IMG/VR virus record: IMGVR_UViG_3300007960_010163
Location: 1-64,000 of that record
From: a virus
Reading direction: 5' to 3' (one strand)
Length of the DNA stretch: 64,000 nucleotides
Shown: in pieces, positions 40,786 to 50,713 of the stretch
Layout: every line of letters starts with the position of its first letter
How positions within the stretch are numbered: position 1 is the stretch's first letter
The notes under the pieces: generated by a model
Told to the model about the DNA's origin: nothing
Databases searched by the model: none
Seen by the model: the letters and a program-made list of their open reading frames with translations, nothing else
Position numbers and translations under genes: made by a program

Positions 40786-43428
40786 TTAATCCTCCTTTAT
40801 ATTCGCTGTAGCTGGAACTAGAGTTGATGTATTTGCATCTCTAATAATTTTATCTAAATTGTAACAATAATCTCCAGTAGTAGAAACAATGCCAGCAGAA
40901 TCACAAACTGCAAATTCATTATTAAAATCCATCGTATCTACTAACTGAGTACCGTTAGCAAAAAATTTATAACTATAAATAGTTCCACCATTTGGTCCAG
41001 AACCTCCTTCTGCAATATTTTCAAAAGTAACATCGTTAGGATCTGATATAGTAGTACCCACAGGAAAAAGACCTCTTCCTAGCGCTGTAGATGGATTGGA
41101 CGCTACGGTCCTTGCAGAAAAACCTGCTAAAACATAATTTGGATTAACTGAAACATTAGTAGTATCTATACCAGCTAAATTTTGACCACTAACAACCCAA
41201 GCAAAGGTTCCTTTTGTATCTCCATCGTCAACCGTAATTCTATAATTGTTGGAACTAGTATTAGTACCTGATGCTGTAGCAACTAAATCAGAAGGCACTG
41301 TTTGAGATGGATTAGTTTCTAAAGATGGAATTTCTAACATCTGTTGAGAAGAAACCAAATTAAAATTATCACTAACCCCAGCAGGAGAACTAGATAATGT
41401 AGAAGCTAAATTACTAACGGAAAAAGTTAATGGGTCATGAGCGATTTTTACTACTGTGCTAGCGGATCTAACCATACCGTTTGAGTTTTTTGTCGCTGTA
41501 ACGGTAAAGTTATCAGTGCTAATATTGTAAGAACCAGCTAGCCTATCACAATTTTTCGAAGCTTCAAAAGTAGATGGATTTGCTATAGTGAGCTGACTAT
41601 TTGGGCTACTATACTCTATAGAATCATAATTTAACGCAGAATTTGAAACAGTTGCAGTTTCAGTATTTTTCAAGGCTCCTTGGCCGGCAGGATAAGAAAC
41701 AGAAGAGATACTCAAAACTGGGAAGACACTGTTATTAACTGGAGAACTCGTCGTAGATACAACAGAATCGCTTTCAGTAAGAAAATTATTTCGGGCAGTG
41801 ACCGTAATAGTATTTTCACCATCCCTAGCCGTAGAACTTGTTACATTAACGATAACTTCGTATTGATATTTTCCAACATATGGGCCAGCAGACATAACTT
41901 GATTAACGCTATAATATGTAAAAGCAGTTTGACTTCCATCTGATATCCCATTATCGGCAACAGATAATTCAATTTGATTTAAGTTAACTCCATTTCCATC
42001 AACATAAACATAGCATTTAATGGTGTCTCCGCCTTTTATTTCAGTAAGACCAAGAACATTTGGAGCTACCGTGGAGGTAGCCGTACTATTCATTAAAGCA
42101 GCTTCGATAATGGGCCCATTGGCAATTTTAACCGCAACATTTTCATTATCAGTAGCGCCGTTACTAAAACGACTTGCAGAGATCGTAATATTATCTGAGT
42201 TACTAAAAATTCCATCGTTATAACTGACTGTTTTGGGGTTTTGAAAAACTCCACTATCAGAAATAAGTATATCACTGTTTAAACCAGAATATAATACTGT
42301 ATCACCAGCACCAGCAGACCAATTAGAAATAGAATTAACAAAAGTAGTTGACTCGCCTTCTCTTAAGCCGTCAGACCTTCCACTATAAGAAGCGGGGTCA
42401 GATGCAGAAATAGAAGGATAAGTTTGATCTAAAGTTACGCTATTAGAGGAAACAGTATCATTCCCAGCGGTCCCAAAATTATTATTAGCTACGATAGTTA
42501 CAGCTTGAGAACCAACCCTTACTGAATCAATAGAAACAGGAATTGTGGCGGTATAATTACCATCTCCAGTATCAGTTAATGCATAAGATGTATAACCAAT
42601 CCCATCTGAAATCCCAGAATCATAAACTTTTATACCGGTAACGTCAGAAGTATCAAAAGTAGCAAAAATATTAATTGTATCATCTCCTTTTAATGCCGAA
42701 TTACCAAGGTTTTCTCCCGGTTTTGGAGTAGCATTTGAAATATCATCAATAGTTACATACAAAGGAGTTGGGCCAGCACCGGCTTCAGATAAAGATATTG
42801 TACCAGTAAATCCATTGGCAACACCAGTGATTTCAGTTTTTCCAACCAAATTTAGGCCAGAAATATAACCTTCAAACCTTCTGGTATAGCTTCCTAATTC
42901 AACGATATTTCCAGTATCAATTTGCTGTCCGTCAATAAATCCAGACCCCATATAAGAATCATTAGGGCCATCCCATCTTAAATACAAAGTAATATCATTT
43001 GCGGAATCAACATCTATTCCAGATAAATATGTATCGGAAGTAGGGGTACTATAATAAGTTTTTTCAATTATGCCTTGATTATTCAGGGCATTTGAGAAAA
43101 ACGCAAACTGAGCAGATGGAGAAGCTGCGCCGCCTCCAGAGGCATTAATAGTAATAGTTTCAAGACCAGAAACTATACTAACATTTTCACCAGCTTGAAT
43201 TGTCTTAACTTTTATATCGCTACCAACAACCCCACTAACCAGATCGACTCCGCTTCCAATATTAGTAGCAGTAGTATCATCCCCACTAACACCAGAAAGA
43301 AAATCTCTAGCTGAAATCTTAACTACTTTTCTAGATAATGCAGAATCAGGATTAATTTCTGCGATAAGAATATCATCATTATTTAAAGAGGATACTCCTG
43401 ATAATTGATCTGGTCGTAAATTTGCCAT
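40786..43428 (-). CDS. Large Ser/Thr/Gly-rich beta-sandwich virion protein
   Basis: 880 aa; TATNIGSG, AGENVSI; repeated KG(G/D)DTI..VxDxGISDG Ig-like modules. Confidence 0.65.
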   Translation of the reverse strand: MANLRPDQLSGVSSLNNDDILIAEINPDSALSRKVVKISARDFLSGVSGDDTTATNIGSGVDLVSGVVGSDIKVKTIQAGENVSIVSGLETITINASGGGAASPSAQFAFFSNALNNQGIIEKTYYSTPTSDTYLSGIDVDSANDITLYLRWDGPNDSYMGSGFIDGQQIDTGNIVELGSYTRRFEGYISGLNLVGKTEITGVANGFTGTISLSEAGAGPTPLYVTIDDISNATPKPGENLGNSALKGDDTINIFATFDTSDVTGIKVYDSGISDGIGYTSYALTDTGDGNYTATIPVSIDSVRVGSQAVTIVANNNFGTAGNDTVSSNSVTLDQTYPSISASDPASYSGRSDGLREGESTTFVNSISNWSAGAGDTVLYSGLNSDILISDSGVFQNPKTVSYNDGIFSNSDNITISASRFSNGATDNENVAVKIANGPIIEAALMNSTATSTVAPNVLGLTEIKGGDTIKCYVYVDGNGVNLNQIELSVADNGISDGSQTAFTYYSVNQVMSAGPYVGKYQYEVIVNVTSSTARDGENTITVTARNNFLTESDSVVSTTSSPVNNSVFPVLSISSVSYPAGQGALKNTETATVSNSALNYDSIEYSSPNSQLTIANPSTFEASKNCDRLAGSYNISTDNFTVTATKNSNGMVRSASTVVKIAHDPLTFSVSNLASTLSSSPAGVSDNFNLVSSQQMLEIPSLETNPSQTVPSDLVATASGTNTSSNNYRITVDDGDTKGTFAWVVSGQNLAGIDTTNVSVNPNYVLAGFSARTVASNPSTALGRGLFPVGTTISDPNDVTFENIAEGGSGPNGGTIYSYKFFANGTQLVDTMDFNNEFAVCDSAGIVSTTGDYCYNLDKIIRDANTSTLVPATANIKED

Positions 43429-43429
43429 T

Positions 43430-43687
43430 TTATCTTATATTATCTTTATCAGTAATTTCAGAATCTCCCAAAACAGTACTTCTGCCATCGAAATCTAAAA
43501 TGAATTTATCACTAGCTTCTGTAATAATGAAATTATTGTTTTCTTCGATTAAAAAACTTGAATTACGATAGTAAAAGCCAGCTTTAGTAATATCAACTTC
43601 AGGATTTGATAATACACGTTGAGAAGCGGAAGAACCTCCAATAGAAGAAGAGGAGATCGAACTAGTACTTTGGTTTAAATTGGCCAT
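43430..43687 (-). CDS. Hypothetical protein
   Basis: 85 aa; FLIEENNNFIITE motif typical of virion proteins. Confidence 0.55.
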   Translation of the reverse strand: MANLNQSTSSISSSSIGGSSASQRVLSNPEVDITKAGFYYRNSSFLIEENNNFIITEASDKFILDFDGRSTVLGDSEITDKDNIR

Positions 43688-44079
43688 TAAGTTGGATCTC
43701 CAGTAATTCTAATTCCAATGTCTAAATTGACTATAAATCTACCTTCAAGTAATGTATAAACCAAGGCATCATCAGATCGATTTACGGCATTAACGCCATA
43801 GTAATGACTGCCTTCAAGAAGATTTTTGGTATCATTATGCAATAATACTATCCTTGCTTTTCCAGCGCTGGCATTAACAACCGTGATCCCTCCTGAATAT
43901 GCAGTTGGCGGATTATCACTATTTTTTCTAGCGACAGCTTTTTCGTCAGGGTCAGTTTTTTTCTGCTTGATCGTAAAAAAAACTAAATAATCATCTAAAT
44001 CAATAGGGGCATTATCTAGCTCTAAAGTTACATCAAATGAGACTGCATCTCCACGATATATTGTTAGATTATTAGACAT
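43687..44079 (-). CDS. Ig-like (BppU N-terminal-like) virion protein
   Basis: LTIYRGD..PIDL..FTIK..GKARIVL..DT..LLEGRFIV. Confidence 0.6.
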   Translation of the reverse strand: MSNNLTIYRGDAVSFDVTLELDNAPIDLDDYLVFFTIKQKKTDPDEKAVARKNSDNPPTAYSGGITVVNASAGKARIVLLHNDTKNLLEGSHYYGVNAVNRSDDALVYTLLEGRFIVNLDIGIRITGDPT

Positions 44080-44272
44080 CTTTATCCTTTCTAAAGGGAA
44101 CTTGAGGCTTATTACTAGGCAAAAAGTCAGGCATAAGGTCTTTGATTATATACTCAACGCCACGACGCATAAGCTCGGAAACACTGTAACCAGTTTCGTC
44201 AGAAATAACTTTTAACGCTTTTTTCTGATTTTCGTGCAACCAAAATTCAATTTTCTCTTTATTACCTTTCAT
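44072..44272 (-). CDS. Ribbon-helix-helix (CopG-like) regulator
   Basis: KIEFWL..QKKALKVISDETGYSVSELMRRGVE; GGAG RBS upstream. Confidence 0.8.
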   Translation of the reverse strand: MKGNKEKIEFWLHENQKKALKVISDETGYSVSELMRRGVEYIIKDLMPDFLPSNKPQVPFRKDKDV

Positions 44273-44285
44273 GCAAAAGACTCCA

Positions 44286-44312
44286 TTATATACATGTTAT
44301 ATACATGTATAT
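44286..44312. promoter_or_regulatory. Operator-like direct repeat/palindrome upstream of RHH gene
   Basis: TTATATACATG x2 (44286-44307) overlapping palindrome ATATACATGTATAT (44299-44312). Confidence 0.6.
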
Positions 44313-44351
44313 TATATGGAAAGAGAACTATTTTTTATTTTTTATTAAAAA

Positions 44352-46805
44352 TTACTGGCAGCTCTCGCAGGTACCGCCGTTTTTCATAGCTTCAATGCTA
44401 CAGGCAGATGGTTCTGAAGATGAATCTGGCGCAGTAGATTTTTCTACTTTAGTAGCTGCGCGATTACGCAAGTAATAAGTGGTTTTTAAACCTGCTTCCC
44501 AGCAAGACATATAAATATCATTAAGGTATTTTAATGAAGTAGTCTTATTGTAAAGGTTGAAGCTTACAGCTTGATCAATCCATTTTTGACGTACAGAATT
44601 AGCTTCGATAAGCTTAAACATATCTCTGTCAAAAGCTGTTTTATATTTCTCTTTGATTTCTTCAGGTATAGATCCGTTTAACAAAGATAGATCGCCGTCA
44701 ACACTCTTAATCATGTTTGCCATTTCGTAGGACCAAAGACCAAGCTCTTTCATGTCTTTTACGAAATGTTGATTAGTAATAAAAAAGTTTCCGGATTTAT
44801 TTTCGTAAACAAATAGAACAGAAAAATTAGGCTCAATACTTTGCTCTACTCCATTAATATAACCAATAGTAGCTGTTGGAGCAATAGCCATGACATTTGA
44901 GTTTCTCATGCCATGCTTATTTACATGAGTTCTCACTTTTTTCCATTCTTCTAGAGTTTGACCTTTGCCTGTTAATTGTTTTCCTGTAACTGATTCTTTT
45001 GGAACTTTTTGCTTGCCTCTATAAACCATAAGATTGTTATAAGAATCTATTGGAAAAACTCCTCCATGCCAAAGAGATCCTTCGTATGTTTCATATGAAC
45101 CGCGCTCTTTAGCCAAAATAGAACTTGCATATATAGCATGCAAAGAATAAAATTCGAAAAGCTTATCATTAAACTCAACCGCTTCGTCGCTATCTATTTG
45201 AATATTTTTTACATGAAGCACGTCATGCAAGCCCATCATTCCTAAGCCGATTGGACGATGCCTTAAATTTGATTTACTTGCTTCGAGAGTAGGATAAAAA
45301 TTAATATCAATAACGTTATCTAATATTCTAATTGCAGTATGTATAGTGGATTTTAATAACTGATAATCAAGATCTTCATCGCCATCCATATGGTTTAGTA
45401 AATTTACTGATCCAAGATTGCAAACAGCAGTTTCTCCGATATCAGTCTTTTCACCTTTTTCATAAGAAGAAGCTTTTGTATGTAAGGTGATTTCAGTACA
45501 AAGATTGCTACTATGAACTACGCCTTGATGTTGATTTGTATATCTAATATTGCAAGGATCTTTAAATGTATTCCAAGGATGGGAAGTTTCAAAAAGAACT
45601 TTGAGCATTTTTTTCCAAAGATCTTTCGCTGGAGTCTTCCTCCAGTTATCAATATGACCATTCTCGGCAAGATCAATTAATGAATTATACCTATGATCAA
45701 ACTCTTCCCCGAAACAATCATGAAGGTCAGCATCTTTAGGGTCAAAGAAATACCAATCTTGTTCAGCTTGAACTCTTCTCATGAATTCATCACAAACCCA
45801 AGAAGCGGTATTCATATCATGACATCTCAATCTATCATCGCCAGTATTCCTGCGAAGATTAAGAAAATCTTCAAAATCTAAATGCCAAGGTTCTAAATAA
45901 GCGCATCCCGCGCCGGGGCGCTTACCTCCTTGATTTACTGCTATCAAGAGATCATTAAATATTTTCAACCAAGGAATCAAGCCGCTCGAAACTCCATTAG
46001 TTCCGACAATGTGAGATCCAGTTGATCTGAAAGGAGTAACATCCAAACCAAGACCACCAGCAAATTTAGACTTTCTTGCTTCTTGCCAAGCGCCATCAAA
46101 AATACCATCAATAGAATCATCAAAAGTATTTAGATAGCAAGAGCTTAATTGAGAATGAGTTGTCCCGCTATTAAATAAAGTGGGGGTGGAAGGGGTGTAA
46201 AGCATTTTGCTAAATACATTATAAAACTCAATAGCCTTTTCAGTTTTATGCTCTTCGTTTATAGACAAGCCCATAGCAACCCTCATCCAGAAAGCTTGTG
46301 GGGTTTCCATTATTTTTCCATCTTGCCTGATAAGATATCTATCAAATAAAATTTGAATACCTAGATATTTAAATTTTTTATCCCTTCTAATTCTTAAAGC
46401 TTCAGAAAGTCTAGATAAATCAAAGTTGAGCAAGCGTTTATCTAGCCTATTATCTTTTACTAGCTTCTTAATATTTAGAATAAAACTCTTTCTGTATTGT
46501 AGTTCGAAAGTATCTGAGTCAACGCCTTCCTTGAATACCTCTTTATAAAGACAGTTTAATAGAAGCCTTGCGCCAGCATAAGAATAATTTGGTTCTTTTT
46601 CAATTTTTTCTCTGGCAGATAAAATAAGAGCTTGGTCAATTTCTTTTGTAGTGATCTTATCGAACAACTGAAGTTGAGCATCTAATACGATTTCACTTGC
46701 GGAAACGTTTTCAATTTCTTCACATGCTCTTTGAGCACTTGCATTGATCTTATCTACTTCAAAATTTTCTAAACGACCATTTCTTTTTTTAACCTTAATA
46801 TCCAT
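44352..46805 (-). CDS. nrdA: Ribonucleotide reductase alpha subunit with ATP cone
   Basis: VKKRNG ATP cone, TPTLFN, SSCY, SSNLCTEI, VCNLGS, APTA, TTYYLR, C-terminal CESCQ. Confidence 0.96.
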   Translation of the reverse strand: MDIKVKKRNGRLENFEVDKINASAQRACEEIENVSASEIVLDAQLQLFDKITTKEIDQALILSAREKIEKEPNYSYAGARLLLNCLYKEVFKEGVDSDTFELQYRKSFILNIKKLVKDNRLDKRLLNFDLSRLSEALRIRRDKKFKYLGIQILFDRYLIRQDGKIMETPQAFWMRVAMGLSINEEHKTEKAIEFYNVFSKMLYTPSTPTLFNSGTTHSQLSSCYLNTFDDSIDGIFDGAWQEARKSKFAGGLGLDVTPFRSTGSHIVGTNGVSSGLIPWLKIFNDLLIAVNQGGKRPGAGCAYLEPWHLDFEDFLNLRRNTGDDRLRCHDMNTASWVCDEFMRRVQAEQDWYFFDPKDADLHDCFGEEFDHRYNSLIDLAENGHIDNWRKTPAKDLWKKMLKVLFETSHPWNTFKDPCNIRYTNQHQGVVHSSNLCTEITLHTKASSYEKGEKTDIGETAVCNLGSVNLLNHMDGDEDLDYQLLKSTIHTAIRILDNVIDINFYPTLEASKSNLRHRPIGLGMMGLHDVLHVKNIQIDSDEAVEFNDKLFEFYSLHAIYASSILAKERGSYETYEGSLWHGGVFPIDSYNNLMVYRGKQKVPKESVTGKQLTGKGQTLEEWKKVRTHVNKHGMRNSNVMAIAPTATIGYINGVEQSIEPNFSVLFVYENKSGNFFITNQHFVKDMKELGLWSYEMANMIKSVDGDLSLLNGSIPEEIKEKYKTAFDRDMFKLIEANSVRQKWIDQAVSFNLYNKTTSLKYLNDIYMSCWEAGLKTTYYLRNRAATKVEKSTAPDSSSEPSACSIEAMKNGGTCESCQ

Positions 46806-46868
46806 GAAATTATTCTACACGATTGGAGTATATATTTTTACTAAAAACTTCTTTTTGATGAAGTTTCT

Positions 46869-46897
46869 ATAATAACACAAAAAATTGTGTAATGCAA
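46869..46897 (-). promoter_or_regulatory. sigma70-like nrdA promoter containing an NrdR-box-like palindrome
   Basis: TTGCAT-17-TATTAT; spacer holds ACACAAAAAATTGTGT (46875-46890). Confidence 0.55.
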
Positions 46898-46917
46898 GAA
46901 TAATTATTCTAAAGTTA

Positions 46918-47757
46918 TTAACAATTATCTTTATTGACAGCAGACTCTGATCGACCCCAGTCAAAATCTTTTCTGACGTCAAGGTTGACTGACCATGCAG
47001 ATTTTAAAATTTTTGGATCGATGCCATTTTTTTCGAATGTCTTGATAAGTGCGTTAATGTCTTTAGGGAAACAAGTACCACCGAACCCTTTGTCTCCATC
47101 GTGGCCGGGAACTTGAAAATGAGAATCCCCAATTCTTCTATCTCCCATAACGCCATTAATGATAGAGTTCCAGTCTAGTCCTAGTTTTTCAATTAATAAA
47201 AATATCTCATTGAAAAAACTAACTTTTGTAGCAAAGAAGCAATTCGCAATATATTTAACAGATTCAGACTCATCGCTTTTCATCATTAAGCAAGGAATAT
47301 TAGGGAAGGCTGACTTAAATAATTTTGCAGCTTTTTCACCAATACTTTTATTTTTAGCATACCCAACAATATGCCTATCCGCATTCAAGAAGTCCTCTTT
47401 AGCAAATTTGGCAGTGAGGAATTCTGGAGAATGAACTATATTTATAGATGGGTGGGATTTTTGAAGCTGAGAGGTTGTTCCTATAGGAACGGTAGATTTT
47501 ATTATGAAAATAGCATTTGATCCAATTTTTTCAATTTCCTTGAAGCAAGATTCGATAATTGAAAGGTTGCAATCGTCTCCCATAATGTCTTTCATGGGGG
47601 TAGGAACGCATACAAAAACGAAATCTTGTTCTAATACATCTTCCAGAGAATTTTTTGAAGCCTCTGGATTTTTGTCAAAGATTTTGACATCGTATTTTGA
47701 AAACCCGTTAGCTACAGCAGAGCCAACGAAGCCGTTGCCGATTACTCCAATTTTCAT
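46918..47757 (-). CDS. ugd: UDP-glucose/GDP-mannose dehydrogenase family, C-terminal domain absent
   Basis: GNGFVG, CVPTP, IKSTVPIGT, SPEFL, KYIANCF, GFGGTCFPKD. Confidence 0.85.
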   Translation of the reverse strand: MKIGVIGNGFVGSAVANGFSKYDVKIFDKNPEASKNSLEDVLEQDFVFVCVPTPMKDIMGDDCNLSIIESCFKEIEKIGSNAIFIIKSTVPIGTTSQLQKSHPSINIVHSPEFLTAKFAKEDFLNADRHIVGYAKNKSIGEKAAKLFKSAFPNIPCLMMKSDESESVKYIANCFFATKVSFFNEIFLLIEKLGLDWNSIINGVMGDRRIGDSHFQVPGHDGDKGFGGTCFPKDINALIKTFEKNGIDPKILKSAWSVNLDVRKDFDWGRSESAVNKDNC

Positions 47758-48665
47758 TGAGGCCTATTAGCTTCTATCCAGTCTTCAAATTTTACTTTTG
47801 GATCCCATCCAAGCAAGGACTTTGCTTTGGTATTATCAGCAAGGGTTTCTCTAGCTTCGCCGGGGCGCTCTGGAATGTGTACATGCCCACCTTTAGTCAT
47901 TCTGACAATATCCATTACCGAATGATTAGTTCCTGTGCCCAAATTAAAGAGTTCGCCAATAATTTCTTTCTTTTCAGATTCTCCAGCTAGAAACATAGCT
48001 TCAACGATATCAGTAACATGAGTGTAGTCGCGAGTTTGAAGACCATCTCCGACAACAGTCATATCTTCACCGTTTTCTTTTTGTCTAAAAAACAGCCCAA
48101 CTACTGGCGCATAATCTCCAGCAATAGGCTGGCGCTCTCCATAAACATTGAAAAATCTAAACAATACAGTTTCAAGCCCAAAAAGCTTCGTATACATCTT
48201 GCAAAGCTCTTCGCAGTTAGATTTGCTAACTGAATAAGGATTAAGGCAATCGTTTGGCATGTCTTCCCTTAGCGGGATTGGATTTTTCAACCCGTAACAA
48301 GAAGAAGTTCCTGCAAACATTACGCGCTTGCATTTATTAAGTCGAGCAGCTTGAAGAACATTGCACGTTCCGAGAGAGTTGTTTTTAACTGCATCGGCTG
48401 GATCTTGAACGCAAATTTGAATTCTAGATCGAGCTGCTAAATGAAAAACTAGATCAACACCTTTGAATAAAGGCTCTAATTTATCGAAGTCGCAAATATC
48501 AACCTTATGATTTTCGGTATCATCTCTCCAAATGAAATTGGAATTAGCCGTGGACGATTCATCATCAACAACAATAACTTCATGACCTGCTTTAAGAAGT
48601 CTTTCAACTAAATGGCCGCCAATAAAACCAGCACCACCTGTAACTAAACATTTTTTCTTAGACAT
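47754..48665 (-). CDS. NAD-dependent nucleotide-sugar epimerase
   Basis: GGAGFIG, HLAA, YSVSK, RFFNVYG, GDGLQTRDY. Confidence 0.9.
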   Translation of the reverse strand: MSKKKCLVTGGAGFIGGHLVERLLKAGHEVIVVDDESSTANSNFIWRDDTENHKVDICDFDKLEPLFKGVDLVFHLAARSRIQICVQDPADAVKNNSLGTCNVLQAARLNKCKRVMFAGTSSCYGLKNPIPLREDMPNDCLNPYSVSKSNCEELCKMYTKLFGLETVLFRFFNVYGERQPIAGDYAPVVGLFFRQKENGEDMTVVGDGLQTRDYTHVTDIVEAMFLAGESEKKEIIGELFNLGTGTNHSVMDIVRMTKGGHVHIPERPGEARETLADNTKAKSLLGWDPKVKFEDWIEANRPQ

Positions 48666-48682
48666 AATTTATTATACACTAA

Positions 48683-49639
48683 TTAACAATCATCTTTGCC
48701 CTTTTTTATGAACCAATCGTAAGTTTTTTGAATTCCCAACCTCAATGAAGTTTTTGGGGTAAATCCAGTATTGGACATTCTGGAGTTATCCATTTTCTTT
48801 CTGAAAGTACCGTCTGGCTTAGATGAATCAAAATAAAGATCTCCGCTATATTCAACAACAGATTTTATAAACAAAGCGAGGTCTTGAATAGAAACTTCAT
48901 CATTTGATCCACAATTAAGATGAGAGATATTTAAATCATATATGTCTTTTGCTTCAATATTTTTAAGGCAATGAATAACTGCATCAGCAAGATCTTCGAC
49001 GAAAAGAAATTCCCTGAGAGGTTTCCCGCTTCCCCAAACCTCGACTTTTGAAGCACCTTTTTCTTTAGCGCAATGAATTTTATTAATTAATGCAGGAAGA
49101 ACATGAGAAGTTTGTAAATCGAAATTGTCTCTTGGTCCGTATAAATTACAAGGCATGATAGAATAAAAATTATCTTCGTATTGCTTGTAGAAACTCTCGC
49201 ACATTTTAAGCGCCGCAATCTTAGCGATTGCATAAGGCTCATTTGTATATTCAAGTTCACCAGTAAGTAAATATTCTTCTTTGATGGGTATCTTGGAATC
49301 CCTTGGGTAAATACAGGAAGATCCAAGATTGATTAATTTCTTGACCCCAAAGTCATGAGCCGATTTAATAATATTAGATGATATCATCAAGTTATCATAT
49401 ATGAAATCACCGCGATAAGTATTGTTGGCTAAAATGCCCCCGACTTTGGCAGCGCATAAAACCACTACGTCTGGAGAGTTTTTTTCGAAAAACCTAGAGA
49501 CCCTAGCGCTGTCAGTTAAGTCTAAGCTAGATCTAGTTCTGGTTATTATATTGTTATAACCTAAAGACTTTAACTTTTTAACTACGGATGATCCGACCAT
49601 TCCTCGATGGCCAGCAACGAAAACTTTTTGATCGGTCAT
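48683..49639 (-). CDS. fcl: GDP-L-fucose synthase
   Basis: GHRGMVG, AAKVGGILAN, GSSCIYP, TNEPYAIAK, WGSGKPLREF, KPDG. Confidence 0.95.
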   Translation of the reverse strand: MTDQKVFVAGHRGMVGSSVVKKLKSLGYNNIITRTRSSLDLTDSARVSRFFEKNSPDVVVLCAAKVGGILANNTYRGDFIYDNLMISSNIIKSAHDFGVKKLINLGSSCIYPRDSKIPIKEEYLLTGELEYTNEPYAIAKIAALKMCESFYKQYEDNFYSIMPCNLYGPRDNFDLQTSHVLPALINKIHCAKEKGASKVEVWGSGKPLREFLFVEDLADAVIHCLKNIEAKDIYDLNISHLNCGSNDEVSIQDLALFIKSVVEYSGDLYFDSSKPDGTFRKKMDNSRMSNTGFTPKTSLRLGIQKTYDWFIKKGKDDC

Positions 49640-50667
49640 TTAGATAAGAGCTCGTAATCGTTTTCGTACATTTTCTTGACCAGACCTTCGAAGCCAGTTT
49701 TACGAACCCACCCCATCTCTTGTTCTGCAAGCGAGCAATCACCGCAAAGTTTATGAACTTCTGCTGGGCGATAAAATTTAGGATTGACTTCAAAAATCAA
49801 TTGGCCGTCCTTGGTGAAGTACTTCTCTTCGTCTTCCGAGCCTTTTGATACAAATTCTATACCAGCAAATTCAAGAGACTTATCGAGAAACTCTCTTACG
49901 CTATGCATTTCTCCGCTAGCCAAAACATAAGCTTTTGGCCTGTCTTGATTAAGCATGAGCCACACTCCCTCCATAAAATCTTCAGCATCAGTCCAATCTC
50001 TTTGTGCATCAAGATTGCCTAGTTGTAAAATTGGAATCTCTTTACCTTGTTCTAGAGCATGTTTGATTTTTGCTACTCCATTGGTGATTTTTCTAGTAAC
50101 GAAATCAAGACCTCTTCTAGTACCTTCGTGATTGAATAACCAACCTTGAATAGCGAATAACCCATAAGACTCTCGATACACTCTAACTATATGACGAGCT
50201 GCGCATTTTGCTGCCCCATATGGAGATTGAGGGCGAAGTGGATGATCTTCATTTTGGGGTGTGCAAATAACATCACCAAACTCTTCAGATGATCCGGCGT
50301 TGTAAAACCTGCAGTGAGGAGCAAATCGACGAATGGATTCTAAAATATGAAGAACTGCGTCAGCGTCAGTATCCCAAGTTTGAATGGGATAGTCCCAACT
50401 TCCAGCAACAAAAGATTGCGCGGCAAAGTTAATAAAATAATCAGGCTGAATATCAATAATGACATCACGCATGCTGTGCGCATCGTTAAGATCCATATTG
50501 ATTAATTCAAATCTAGGCTCGTTCTCCAAATGAAGAATGTTTTCGTGATTCTTTACGCTTAGCCTTCTTACAGCGCCATAAATTCTATGGTTTGTATTGG
50601 CTAATAAATAGTCAACCATATGGCTTCCGTCTTGACCAGTGACTCCGGTAATGATAACTTTTTTCAT
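49636..50667 (-). CDS. gmd: GDP-mannose 4,6-dehydratase
   Basis: TGVTGQDGS, AAQSFV, SSEEFG, SPYGAAK, LFNHE, FVTRKIT, LGNLDAQRDW, YRPAEV. Confidence 0.95.
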   Translation of the reverse strand: MKKVIITGVTGQDGSHMVDYLLANTNHRIYGAVRRLSVKNHENILHLENEPRFELINMDLNDAHSMRDVIIDIQPDYFINFAAQSFVAGSWDYPIQTWDTDADAVLHILESIRRFAPHCRFYNAGSSEEFGDVICTPQNEDHPLRPQSPYGAAKCAARHIVRVYRESYGLFAIQGWLFNHEGTRRGLDFVTRKITNGVAKIKHALEQGKEIPILQLGNLDAQRDWTDAEDFMEGVWLMLNQDRPKAYVLASGEMHSVREFLDKSLEFAGIEFVSKGSEDEEKYFTKDGQLIFEVNPKFYRPAEVHKLCGDCSLAEQEMGWVRKTGFEGLVKKMYENDYELLSK

Positions 50668-50713
50668 AATTTAGATTTATAAGATATTATTAAATCCCTC
50701 CAGTATTTAAAGT

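Noticed and set aside
712-46805. Inteins or introns in dnaB, recA, nrdA, nrdB
   Set aside because: Lengths are near normal and no splice-junction or homing-endonuclease motifs were seen
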